A stretch of 64,000 nt of DNA from positions 124,001-188,000 of IMG/VR virus record IMGVR_UViG_3300027844_001828, one strand, 5' to 3'. Below the pieces are notes generated by a model, which did not search any database, was not told the DNA's origin, and saw nothing but the letters and a program-made list of their open reading frames with translations. Numbering within the stretch: the stretch's first letter is position 1; each line of letters begins with the position of its first letter. Positions 20,352-30,081 of this stretch are shown here, in pieces. The position numbers and the translations under genes are program-made.

Positions 20352-22922
20352 ATGGAGAGACACAAGTATTCTTACGATGAAGTCATTGAAAAAAGCACAG
20401 AGTATTTTAATGGCGACGATTTGGCAGCATCAACATGGGCTAATAAATATGCCCTAAGAGATTCAGACGGGAATTATTATGAAAACACTCCAACTCAGAT
20501 GTTTTCACGCATGTCCGGTGAGTTTATTAGAATTGAGGATAAAATAAACGAAAAAGCCGTTATCAAAAAGCATGGAAAAAAGTTGTCAAAATACTATCGA
20601 GAAAGGACCAAGTTAACCGAAGAATACATTTACAACATGTTTGATGGATTCAAGTACGTTGTTCCTCAAGGGTCTATCATGTCCATGCTTGGTAATGAAT
20701 TTCAAATTGGATCATTGTCAAATTGCATCGTTATTGAAGAGTTGTTTGATAGCTATGGTGGCATTTGTTACGCAGATCAACAGTTAGTTCAATTGATGAA
20801 GAGACGTTGCGGTGTTGGTCTTGATATTAGTCCATTAAGACCAGAAGGGGAAAACGTTAATAACGCTGCTAAGACATCCACTGGTGCGATATCTTTTATG
20901 GAACGATTCAGTGAAACTACGAGAGAGGTGGCACAATCGGGTCGAAGGGGAGCACTTATGTTGTCGATGGATGGACGCCATCCAAACGTTGATAGTTTCG
21001 CGACGATCAAGAATGATGACACAAAGGTCACTGGCGCGAATATCTCAATTAAGTTGATGGACGATTTTATGAGAGCGGTAGAAAATGATGGTGAATACAA
21101 GTTGCAATGGCCAGTCGAGTCTTCAGATCCAACAGTCACAAGAACTGTAAAGGCTAAAGAACTTTGGGAGACGATTATTAGTTCCGCGCATCTTCGTGCA
21201 GAGCCGGGGTTGATCTTCTGGGATCGCCAGCATTTCTATTCCACTTCATCCTTGTATCCGCAATACAAAAACATTTCTACTAATCCATGCGCTGAAATCG
21301 CAATGGGTAATGACTCTTGTAGATTAATGGCGCTCGTACTTTTTGGATTCATTGACAATCCATTTACGAATAGAGCCAGGTTCAACTACGATAAGTTTTA
21401 TGAATACGTCTATGAATCACAAAGGTTGATGGACGACGTTGTTGAATTGGAGCTTGAACATGTAAAAAGGATCATTGAAAAGATCAAGTCAGATCCTGAG
21501 CCGGATCATATTAAGCAAGTAGAGATCGCGACTTGGGAAAGGCTTTATGAGTCAGGTAAAAACGGAAGACGCACTGGATTAGGGTTCACTGCACTTGCTG
21601 ACACGCTTGCTGCGTTGGGTATCAAGTTCGATTCGAAAAAGGCCCTCAAGGTTACTGATGAGATCATGAGGGTTAAGTTGAAAGCCGAGTGGGATTCATC
21701 AATTGATATGGCGATTGAAAGAGGTCAATTTGTTGGGTTCGATAAAGAGATTGAAGATCAGTCAGAATTCATCCACATGGTTAAAAAAGAGTTCCCTGAG
21801 ATTTATGCACGTAATATGGAATATGGAAGGCGTAATATTTCAATCAGCACATTAGCTCCCTGTGGAAGCGTGTCAATCGAAGCGCAAACTTCGTCTGGTG
21901 GGGAAGCCCTCTTCGCATTGAAGTTCGGTCGTAGAAGAAAGGTCAACCCAAATGATGAAGAGGTCAGAGTTGACTTTGTGGATGAACAGGGCGATAGCTG
22001 GATGTATTTTGAAGTTGAGCATGAAAGATTAAAGCAATGGTCTGAAGTCACCGGGAATAAGAATTATGATGAGTCACCATATTTTGGATGTACCGCTCAT
22101 GATATTGATTGGAACTACAGGGTTAAACTCCAGGGTGTGATTCAGAAGTACACAACACATTCTGTTTCATCAACAATCAACTTGCCTAATGATGTTTCAT
22201 TGGAAGAGGTGTCAGATATTTATATGGCCTCATGGAAAGAGGGATTGAAAGGAATCACTATATATAGAGATGGTTGCCGTAGTGGAGTGTTGATTTTGAG
22301 CGAGACAGACGACGATGGTAGACCTGTTAACATTGTTTCCTCTCAAGCGCCAAAGAGGCCGGAATTCTTACCATGTGATATCCATGTCACAAACATCAAA
22401 GGGGTCAAGTGGGTGTTCCTTATCGGAATGTTAAATGAAAGACCCTATGAAGTGTTTGGCGGCAAATTTGATGACATCATCATTCCTGCCAAATATATAG
22501 GGGGAAGGACTGATCCTAATGTTAAATGGAAAGCAACTGACTTGACAGCAGCTATTTTTAAAAATGATGGTCATTACGATCTTAATCTTTCAGACCCGAA
22601 AAAAGTAGTTAACGATCATTCTGAATCAACTTTGATAGAAGACATCGCGTCCCATTTCAGTGTTGATTTGGGAACTCCGACAAGATTGATTTCAATGCTC
22701 TTACGTCATGGCGTTTCAATAAATAACATTTGTGAGCAGATCAAAAAGATTCCGCAGGAAGACACAATGTTGACCTTTGAAAAAGGTGTTGGCAGAGTGT
22801 TGAAGAAGTACATCGACGATAATACAAAGGCCAAGGGGACATGTCCTGAGTGCGAACGCCATTTGATTTATGAAGGCGGTTGTGTGAAGTGTTCAAGTTG
22901 TCATTGGTCAAAATGCGAGTAG
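20352..22922 (+). CDS. nrdJ: adenosylcobalamin-dependent (class II) ribonucleotide reductase
   Basis: SLSNC, RRCGVG, GRRGALM, STNPCAE, DSCRL, GRRTGLG, TLAPCGS, SSTINLP, KGITIYRDG; C-terminal zinc ribbon CPEC...CSSC. Confidence 0.93.
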   Translation: MERHKYSYDEVIEKSTEYFNGDDLAASTWANKYALRDSDGNYYENTPTQMFSRMSGEFIRIEDKINEKAVIKKHGKKLSKYYRERTKLTEEYIYNMFDGFKYVVPQGSIMSMLGNEFQIGSLSNCIVIEELFDSYGGICYADQQLVQLMKRRCGVGLDISPLRPEGENVNNAAKTSTGAISFMERFSETTREVAQSGRRGALMLSMDGRHPNVDSFATIKNDDTKVTGANISIKLMDDFMRAVENDGEYKLQWPVESSDPTVTRTVKAKELWETIISSAHLRAEPGLIFWDRQHFYSTSSLYPQYKNISTNPCAEIAMGNDSCRLMALVLFGFIDNPFTNRARFNYDKFYEYVYESQRLMDDVVELELEHVKRIIEKIKSDPEPDHIKQVEIATWERLYESGKNGRRTGLGFTALADTLAALGIKFDSKKALKVTDEIMRVKLKAEWDSSIDMAIERGQFVGFDKEIEDQSEFIHMVKKEFPEIYARNMEYGRRNISISTLAPCGSVSIEAQTSSGGEALFALKFGRRRKVNPNDEEVRVDFVDEQGDSWMYFEVEHERLKQWSEVTGNKNYDESPYFGCTAHDIDWNYRVKLQGVIQKYTTHSVSSTINLPNDVSLEEVSDIYMASWKEGLKGITIYRDGCRSGVLILSETDDDGRPVNIVSSQAPKRPEFLPCDIHVTNIKGVKWVFLIGMLNERPYEVFGGKFDDIIIPAKYIGGRTDPNVKWKATDLTAAIFKNDGHYDLNLSDPKKVVNDHSESTLIEDIASHFSVDLGTPTRLISMLLRHGVSINNICEQIKKIPQEDTMLTFEKGVGRVLKKYIDDNTKAKGTCPECERHLIYEGGCVKCSSCHWSKCE

Positions 22923-23047
22923 TGAGGGATAAAAATGGTTGACATTACAATGCATTTAGGAATGTTGGGTTTGATCATTTTGGATGACTTTATTCGCTCG
23001 GCGACTGCCGCTATCTATGTAAGAATGAAAATATCTTCCTCGCTCTC

Positions 23048-23075
23048 TTGACACCGGCAATATCCGTGCTATAGT
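23048..23075 (+). promoter_or_regulatory. sigma70-like promoter (TTGACA-N16-TATAGT)
   Basis: Consensus -35, extended TG; upstream of 23103 ORF. Confidence 0.7.
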
Positions 23076-23102
23076 AGACGAACATAACATGAGGAAACTA
23101 CT

Positions 23103-23714
23103 ATGTACTGTTTTGATATTGGGCCGATTGGCGTGACGAAGTTCGGCGAGAGAAATTTTGATCCGAGCTTTGGGCCGACGAAGATCCTTGATTTTACCCC
23201 TCTTGAATTTTCTACTCGTGTATCTTCCATGTTGGATTCTGGCCCGTCTATACCTGTTATAGATGGCTATGCTGATTTCTGCAAGCTCATTCCGTTGCCG
23301 AATTTTACCGCTGCAAGAACTGGTTCTTTGCCAATCACGATTGAGAATTATCAATACCTTCGTTCTGGATATTCTGCAAGAACAGAGAAAGAGCTTCCGG
23401 TATTGTCACGCTGGTTTGAACTTCCCCTTGGGAAGCCAAAGGCAGAGTACTTGATGATTGTGGTCTACAATTGGGAACAACTCAAGGCAGAGCATGAGGT
23501 TGACAATGTATTTGATGTACCGTTTGAATTCGACTATAAGTGGGGGATCGTGGCGATTCTTGGGCAAATGCACCCCAATGAAGAACCCATGAAACCAATC
23601 ACGATGCTCAGGAATTCCCTTGGAAAAGAAGAGGGGGGATCAGGAGTCCCGATAGATCGAGAAAGATATGATAAGTCAGTTGAATTTTGGAAAATCAACG
23701 CTACAGTAAAATGA
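23103..23714 (+). CDS. DUF3228-like protein
   Basis: DGYADFCK, LRSGYSARTEKELPVLSRWF, EPMKPITMLRN.LG.EEGGSGVP.D motifs recalled for this family. Confidence 0.75.
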   Translation: MYCFDIGPIGVTKFGERNFDPSFGPTKILDFTPLEFSTRVSSMLDSGPSIPVIDGYADFCKLIPLPNFTAARTGSLPITIENYQYLRSGYSARTEKELPVLSRWFELPLGKPKAEYLMIVVYNWEQLKAEHEVDNVFDVPFEFDYKWGIVAILGQMHPNEEPMKPITMLRNSLGKEEGGSGVPIDRERYDKSVEFWKINATVK

Positions 23715-23866
23715 ATCGTAAACAATAAGTATAGAAAAACAATGAGAATTATCGAAACAGAAGGACTTCCAATATACTGTTGGGCAGAATCTTCTTGGTT
23801 TGTCATTGATGACAGCCAGGGATTGTATTGTACAGAATAGATTTCCTAAACCATTGGAGGAATTTG

Positions 23867-24184
23867 ATGCAACTTCTTAAGGATTATCGTGACTCAATAA
23901 GTAATCTTCAAAAGTATTTTGGATGTACGGTTTTTGACTTCTCTGACCATACTGATGACTTTTGGGTTATAAGAAATGGGAAGGTTTATTTTGACGAAGA
24001 CCCGTTTCTCGATCATGAGTGTTGCCGGTATTGTCACGAGGTATATCTTGAGTGGGATGACGATGAAATAGGAAAACATCTTGAGCTTTATACACGGGAC
24101 AATTATACGATGATTCATATTAATGATGGTTGTGGCGGTGATCACTATTCAGTGTTTGACAACAAATACAGGGTGGTATTATGA
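23867..24184 (+). CDS. hypothetical phage protein
   Basis: GGAGG RBS before ATG 23867. Confidence 0.65.
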   Translation: MQLLKDYRDSISNLQKYFGCTVFDFSDHTDDFWVIRNGKVYFDEDPFLDHECCRYCHEVYLEWDDDEIGKHLELYTRDNYTMIHINDGCGGDHYSVFDNKYRVVL

Positions 24185-24366
24185 GTGAAAAGATAGATAG
24201 CGAATCAGAATATTGGTTAAGATTTTTCAAGCCAACAATCTTCTTTTTTATAAATTTACTCTTATTTGTATTACAAGTAATTCCAGCTATAATTGGATTT
24301 TTGTCTCATGTAGTTTATCAAGGATTAAAATCTGGATGGGATATTTACGGGTCGTTATTCGAATGA
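24181..24366 (+). CDS. small membrane protein
   Basis: Hydrophobic central segment; ATGA overlaps on both sides. Confidence 0.55.
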   Translation: MSEKIDSESEYWLRFFKPTIFFFINLLLFVLQVIPAIIGFLSHVVYQGLKSGWDIYGSLFE

Positions 24367-25145
24367 AAACAATTACATTGACAATTAATCCCGAACCATA
24401 TCGGCTTTCATATTTGCAGAGTACGGTGGCCTCATTAAATGCAAATAATACAGCGGGATATAGGCTTTTAATAAACATGGAGCCCGCTGGTAATTTTTCA
24501 GCACAATCTGCACAAAGATCAATGGTTGAAATTATTGAATCGATTGAGATGCCCTATGAGCTTAAAATCAATGATGAAAAATTGGGACTCGACAAAAATC
24601 TTTTCAATTGTATATTCTGGGCATTTGAGGGTGGTAGCGAGTTTAACGTCCATATTGAAGATGATGTTACCCTTTCGCCAAACGCCTTGGACCTTGCTAA
24701 TTGGTACTATGAAACATTCAAGGATAAATCCGAAGATTATTTCTCCTACGGATTACACAGTTTTGATGGCAAGGGGGCCAATGAGTGTGAAATTATTCCA
24801 ATCGAATACTTTATGGGATGGGGATGGTGTGTGTTTAAGTGTAACTGGGAGATCGACTTCGGTCCTTACTGGTTCGACTACGATTTAGCCGCTGAAGTCC
24901 TCGGAGACACCATTAAAATGGGTGATATAGATATTAAGATGAGGCATTCCTGGGACGGATGCATCTTAGCCCATTGTAAGAAAAACAATTTAAAGCAGTT
25001 GGTTCCGAGCATATCACGTAGCAGGCATGATGGAATGTTTGGAAAACATACTGATCCGAGTCTTTTTCCAGCAGATTTCGTCGGTAAAAACATAAGCAGG
25101 AAAAGTCTTAATGAGTTGCCGTCCAACTACTTCTTAAGTGAATAA
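24363..25145 (+). CDS. GT-A fold glycosyltransferase (GT13/GnT-I-like)
   Basis: HIEDD (DxD-type), YFMGWGW, SWDG, VPSISRSRHDG. Confidence 0.6.
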   Translation: MKTITLTINPEPYRLSYLQSTVASLNANNTAGYRLLINMEPAGNFSAQSAQRSMVEIIESIEMPYELKINDEKLGLDKNLFNCIFWAFEGGSEFNVHIEDDVTLSPNALDLANWYYETFKDKSEDYFSYGLHSFDGKGANECEIIPIEYFMGWGWCVFKCNWEIDFGPYWFDYDLAAEVLGDTIKMGDIDIKMRHSWDGCILAHCKKNNLKQLVPSISRSRHDGMFGKHTDPSLFPADFVGKNISRKSLNELPSNYFLSE

Positions 25146-25221
25146 AAATAACCTTGAAAAGAGGGAAGGAAACCCCTTAATAATCAAGTAAACACATAGG
25201 GTAACTGAAAGGAAAATCAGC

Positions 25222-25710
25222 ATGGCCACAGAGATAAAATATATAGAAGGAGACGCAACGTCTCCGATAGGAGATGGACAGAAATTCATTCTCCATTGTT
25301 GCAATGATCTCGGATTGTGGGGTGCTGGATTTGTTCTTGCAATAAGTAGGAAGTGGGACAACCCAGAGGCATTTTACAGATGTTGGCATGATATAAAGGA
25401 AGAAGAGTATTCTGATTTTGAATTAGGATCATATCAAGTTGTCCCTGTTGAACCAAGCATGTATGTAGTCAATTTAATTGGCCAGCATGGAGTAGGATTA
25501 GAAAACGGTCCTCCAGTACGTTATGACGCCTTAGAAACAGGAATGAAAGGCTTATGTATGATCAAGAACACTACTCCATCAATGAGTATTCACATGCCCA
25601 GGATCGGCTGCGGTTTAGCAGGCGGGAAATGGGAACTTGTCGAAAACACTATTAAGAAAACTTTTTGTGAAGCCGAAATTCCGGTTACAGTATACGATTA
25701 TAACCCATAA
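25222..25710 (+). CDS. macrodomain ADP-ribose hydrolase (Poa1/TARG1-like)
   Basis: EGDAT, HCCNDLGLWGAGF, VVNLIGQ, HMPRIGCGLAGGKW. Confidence 0.9.
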   Translation: MATEIKYIEGDATSPIGDGQKFILHCCNDLGLWGAGFVLAISRKWDNPEAFYRCWHDIKEEEYSDFELGSYQVVPVEPSMYVVNLIGQHGVGLENGPPVRYDALETGMKGLCMIKNTTPSMSIHMPRIGCGLAGGKWELVENTIKKTFCEAEIPVTVYDYNP

Positions 25711-25733
25711 CAAAAACCATCTCAGGAGGACCC

Positions 25734-26027
25734 GTGAGAACTATTACTAACGCCAACCTAAATGAACTATCGAAAACAAGTACTATGCTTATAGAGTTTT
25801 CATCTCAAAATTGTGCCCCATGCAAAATGCAAAAAGAAATTTTAACCGGCATGGAGGGAGAACGAAGTGACGTTGTTTTCGGCAACGTAAATATCGAAGA
25901 CGAATATAGTTTGGTTGATAAATTCAAAATCAACAGTGTCCCAACAATTGTCGTCATGAAAGACGGAAAAGAATCAGACCGATTTGTTGGTCTTCATCAA
26001 GAGTCGAGCATCGCTAACGCACTCTAA
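25734..26027 (+). CDS. thioredoxin
   Basis: CAPC active site, SVPTIVVMKDG; GTG start after AGGAGG. Confidence 0.88.
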   Translation: MRTITNANLNELSKTSTMLIEFSSQNCAPCKMQKEILTGMEGERSDVVFGNVNIEDEYSLVDKFKINSVPTIVVMKDGKESDRFVGLHQESSIANAL

Positions 26028-26042
26028 CATAGGGGTTAATGT

Positions 26043-26078
26043 AAAACGGGGAGTGAACAATTATTCACTCCCCGTTTT
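26043..26078. terminator. bidirectional intrinsic terminator
   Basis: Perfect 15-bp inverted repeat AAAACGGGGAGTGAA / TTCACTCCCCGTTTT. Confidence 0.8.
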
Positions 26079-26091
26079 GTGTTTCTGACAA

Positions 26092-26835
26092 TTGAACTAC
26101 GAAAATACCATAATATGTGACGAATGTGAGAACGTTATTCCAAATCTCCCTGACGATTCAGTGGATATGATTGTAACGTCCCCGCCATACAACGTCAACC
26201 TTGGAAAGAACAAGTATAACAGTCATGAGTATGATCAATACGATGATAACAAAAAGCACGATTCATATATTACTTGGTTGTGTGGAATATTAAATTCGTT
26301 CGGGCCAAAGTTAAAAATAGGCGGCAGAGTCTGCATCAATATCAATGATGGCAAGAATGGTCGAATTCCAACATGCTCAGATTTGATACAAGGCTTGAAT
26401 TACAAACCATTTGCACACATAGTTTGGGACAAGGGACATACCAGCAACCGGACAGCTTGGGGCAGTTGGTTGTCACCATCAATGCCAAGTTTCCCAACTC
26501 CTTTTGAAAGGATACTTGTATTTTCCAAAGGTGAGTATAAGTTACAGTACAAAGGGGAAACTGACTTAGAACGAGAGGAATTCATTCAGTGGGCGAATTC
26601 TATCTGGCGCTTCAAGCCAGAGAACAGAAAGAATCATCCAGCCCCTTTCCCATTAGAGCTTCCCAAAAGATTAATCAAAATGCTTTCTTGGAAAGACGCC
26701 TTTATTGTAGATCCATTTAACGGATCTGGAACCACTACGTTAGCCTGTAAAATGTTTGGACGCAGATACTTGGGGATAGACCTTTCCGAAGAGTACTGCA
26801 CAGACGCAAGAGATAGGATAGATGAATATGATTGA
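26092..26835 (+). CDS. beta-class N4-C/N6-A DNA methyltransferase
   Basis: VTSPPY before HPAPFP and VDPFNGSGTT. Confidence 0.9.
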   Translation: MNYENTIICDECENVIPNLPDDSVDMIVTSPPYNVNLGKNKYNSHEYDQYDDNKKHDSYITWLCGILNSFGPKLKIGGRVCININDGKNGRIPTCSDLIQGLNYKPFAHIVWDKGHTSNRTAWGSWLSPSMPSFPTPFERILVFSKGEYKLQYKGETDLEREEFIQWANSIWRFKPENRKNHPAPFPLELPKRLIKMLSWKDAFIVDPFNGSGTTTLACKMFGRRYLGIDLSEEYCTDARDRIDEYD

Positions 26836-27553
26836 TTGGACACGACATGAAGAATATGAGTCCTTGGAGCGGTTAAAACGTTGGCCTAAATTGATGGATA
26901 GATTTACCAGAGTGAGGATTTATTCTGGACAATGGGGAGCATATTGGCTTGGTGAAGGCAATGGACACACTGAAAATCCAAACGAATCAAACGTTTATGA
27001 CATGAAAATCGCTTTTCCCAAGACGAATCATTGTGGCCCTGAGAAACAGATTAGATTTGTTGAAGCCAATGAAGTAATAATTGATCGACCGTTATATGTG
27101 GCGATAGATTTTGACGACACTCTCAGATTCAATAAAAAGTGGGGTGGTAAGCGGGGTGGTAAAAGAGTTGATCATATAATACGTCTTACAAGAATCTTTA
27201 AGAAGCGGGGATGGACTACAATATTGTGGACATGTCGAGGCGATAAGTGTGAAGAGAGAGCTAAGAAATGGTGCTTAAGGAATGACATCCCCATCGATAA
27301 ATACAATGAGAATGAAGAGGCGAAGAGGTTGTTTGAAGGGAAAAACGGTAGTGGATGGATCTGGTCACCAAAGATATTCGCCGATGTTTACATTGACGAT
27401 AGTGCTATAAACCCATTCTTTTTAATGGCATTGGAGACCATAGATAGCATAGACATAAGCGATGATAAGTTGGAAGAGATCGTCATGTCCTTAGAAAAGC
27501 ACTGCAAACACAAATATTTTACATTTGAGAAAAATCACAAAATAAAGGTGTGA
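26822..27553 (+). CDS. unknown N-terminal domain fused to HAD-family phosphatase
   Basis: AIDFDDTL, LWTCR, ADVYIDD in C-terminal half. Confidence 0.75.
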   Translation: MNMIDWTRHEEYESLERLKRWPKLMDRFTRVRIYSGQWGAYWLGEGNGHTENPNESNVYDMKIAFPKTNHCGPEKQIRFVEANEVIIDRPLYVAIDFDDTLRFNKKWGGKRGGKRVDHIIRLTRIFKKRGWTTILWTCRGDKCEERAKKWCLRNDIPIDKYNENEEAKRLFEGKNGSGWIWSPKIFADVYIDDSAINPFFLMALETIDSIDISDDKLEEIVMSLEKHCKHKYFTFEKNHKIKV

Positions 27554-27615
27554 CCGTTTGTAATCGGCTTTTGCTGATCTACATTAGTTGCAACCAATAA
27601 CCAGAGGCGAATATT

Positions 27616-27750
27616 ATGAGTGATCCAATTGAAGTTGTCGGTGCAGTAGCCGAAGCAGTAGTGGAAATTGATCCTGTCGAGGTTGTGGGAGCAACTGTCG
27701 AGGTCGCGGGCGAATTATTTGAGTCAGCACTTGATATTTTAGGGTTTTAG
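27616..27750 (+). CDS. small acidic peptide with internal duplication (44 aa; not in ORF track)
   Basis: GAGG RBS; MSDPIEVVGAVAEAVVEIDPVEVVGATVEVAGELFESALDILGF. Confidence 0.5.
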   Translation: MSDPIEVVGAVAEAVVEIDPVEVVGATVEVAGELFESALDILGF

Positions 27751-27830
27751 AATATCTCTTCAACACAGCTTGAAAACCAGGTTTGGCGAGCTATATTCTA
27801 ACCTTAACCAAACAACAGGAGAGCATCAAA

Positions 27831-29780
27831 ATGAGTCTTACCCCCACACAATTGACTGAAGCGAGTGAACTTATTACAAAACTTAGGTTGTGGAAAAACG
27901 CCTATTACATTGATAACAAGCCAGTTGTGTCAGATCAGGTATATGATGGCGGCGAAATGCGCCTCAAGCAGTTGATTCCTGATCACCCGTTCTTCGATGA
28001 GGTTGGATCGACAGTAGATGGGTTCAAGCCTATCGACTATGTTGCCGCAGGCGGTGAAAAGATGCTCAGTCTTGAAAAAGCCTATACAGAGCCGGAAGTG
28101 ACAAAATTCGCCGGGAAGGACGCATGGGTTCCAATGGTCAAGCTTGACGGAACTTCGCTCCGAGCAATCTACAGCGGCGGTAAGATCGAACTTGCCCACA
28201 CAAGAGGTAATGGAACTGTTGGTGATGACGTTACCAACAACTTCTACTTTGTGAAAGGATCGACTCCCAAGAAATACAAATGGGACACCTTTGAAGTCAA
28301 AGGCGAAGTTTGCATGACCTTTGATGATTTCGATGCGGTTAACATCGAAAGAGAAAGGGATGGGGAAGAAGTCTTCAAAAACCCCCGGAATGCCGCCAGT
28401 GGGTCTCTTAAGCAATTGGACATGTTCGAGACCGCAAAAAGAAAATTGCAGTTCGTCGCCTACGCAATAAAAGTAGAGGGGCACAGTTTCAAGTCGAAGA
28501 CTGAAATGCTTGATTCCTTGGAAGAAATGGGCTTCGTCACGGCAAGACTCAAGATTAAATTCAATACGATTGCTGATGTCATTGATAAAGTGACGAAGAT
28601 GCGTGAAAAAATTCCGATTCCGATTGATGGTATCGTCTTCGCTCTTGATGCCGTATCAGTGAGAGAAAAGAAAGGCTATACTGGTCATCACCCGAAATAC
28701 GAAATGGCTTACAAGTTCGCATCCGAAAGCGGGATCACCAAGTTGCTCGATTACGAATGGAACGTCACGAGAACTCGTCGTATTGTTCCCGTTGGTCTCA
28801 TTGAAGACATCGAACTCTCAGGGGCTGTTTGCTCAAGAGTCACGCTTCATAATGCGAAATGGGTCCATGACAAACATATTGCTATTGGCGAAGAGATTGT
28901 TATTGAAAGAAGCGGCGATGTCATTCCTCACTTTGTCAAAACTGTGAGAGCTACAAAAGACATTCCCTGGTCCTCGAAAGACAATCTTCCGACCAAATGC
29001 CCTGCCTGTAGAACCACACTTGTCAGAGTAGGCAATGTTGACCTCGGATGTCCTAACGAACATTGCTCTGGTGCTGCTTACGAGGCGATTATGCACTATG
29101 TAGGCAAGCCAGTTGTTAATATCAAGGCGGTAGGTGACAAATTGATCGCCCAACTCATCAAAGCGAATCTTATTGAAGACCCCGCAGACCTCTTCACATT
29201 AACCAAGAGTGACCTTATGACCCTTGATCGAATGGGTGATAAGAAGGCTGAAAAGACACTCGAAGCGATTAATAAGGCAAGGACTCAAGACGTGCAAACA
29301 TTTCTCAGGTCACTTGGTGTTGAATTACTTGGAAAGGATGTGTCTGAAAAGATCGCAGACTTCGTTGATCTTGATACATTAACTGTGACACGTGATTTGA
29401 CGCATATTGATGGAATAGCTGAAACGACAGCAACAGCGGTGACAGAAGGTCTTGACAAATCCAGACCACTTGCAGATAAGTTGCGTCAATATGTCAAGAT
29501 CACAACTGGTAAAGCTGTTGCACTTGGTAATTCCCTCGAAGGAAGCGCATTTTGTGTCAGCGGGAGCGTCGAATTTGATCTCGACGGTGAAAATTATTCA
29601 GAACGTAGTCAAATTCAGAACTTGATCAAGTCATACGGTGGTAAGGTCTCCAGTTCTGTATCTGGCAGAACGAGTTACCTCGTTGCTGGCCCAGGGTCTG
29701 GAAGCAAGTCAACAAAAGCAGATGACCTCGGTGTTACAATCATCGATGGTAATAAATTGGCAGAATTGATTGAAAATTGA
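27831..29780 (+). CDS. ligA: NAD+-dependent DNA ligase
   Basis: KLDG adenylation motif, TRGNG..GDDVT, FKNPRNAASGSLKQ, IDGIV, Zn finger, HhH, BRCT; promoter TTGAAA-N16-TATATT at 27770-27797. Confidence 0.95.
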   Translation: MSLTPTQLTEASELITKLRLWKNAYYIDNKPVVSDQVYDGGEMRLKQLIPDHPFFDEVGSTVDGFKPIDYVAAGGEKMLSLEKAYTEPEVTKFAGKDAWVPMVKLDGTSLRAIYSGGKIELAHTRGNGTVGDDVTNNFYFVKGSTPKKYKWDTFEVKGEVCMTFDDFDAVNIERERDGEEVFKNPRNAASGSLKQLDMFETAKRKLQFVAYAIKVEGHSFKSKTEMLDSLEEMGFVTARLKIKFNTIADVIDKVTKMREKIPIPIDGIVFALDAVSVREKKGYTGHHPKYEMAYKFASESGITKLLDYEWNVTRTRRIVPVGLIEDIELSGAVCSRVTLHNAKWVHDKHIAIGEEIVIERSGDVIPHFVKTVRATKDIPWSSKDNLPTKCPACRTTLVRVGNVDLGCPNEHCSGAAYEAIMHYVGKPVVNIKAVGDKLIAQLIKANLIEDPADLFTLTKSDLMTLDRMGDKKAEKTLEAINKARTQDVQTFLRSLGVELLGKDVSEKIADFVDLDTLTVTRDLTHIDGIAETTATAVTEGLDKSRPLADKLRQYVKITTGKAVALGNSLEGSAFCVSGSVEFDLDGENYSERSQIQNLIKSYGGKVSSSVSGRTSYLVAGPGSGSKSTKADDLGVTIIDGNKLAELIEN

Positions 29781-30081
29781 TATTTGACAAGGTGAATTGA
29801 AACAGGTCAGGGAATAATAATTCTTGATAATGACCTCTTGCCGAGAGTTGAAAATGAGTGAATAGATTAGACGAGTTATTGAAGAAATGATCGCTTTTTC
29901 AGAGAGGTTCAGAGAACTTCCTGCTGAATTAGAAAACTTGTTAAACAAGGTGAGACATGGCGGAGTTGTCAGATAGGCAAAAGGAAATATACGAGTTTGC
30001 TATCGAAGATGGCTATACCCAAGACGTTGTATGCATTGTCGAAAATACATTGAATCTTTGGGCAAAAGCTGAATTGTAAGG

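Noticed and set aside
22936-23052. 38-aa ORF after nrdJ
   Set aside because: Short, overlaps the downstream promoter, no motif; cannot be supported
20352-29780. Inteins or introns in nrdJ and ligA
   Set aside because: Lengths and motif spacing are normal; no splice-junction or LAGLIDADG motifs seen
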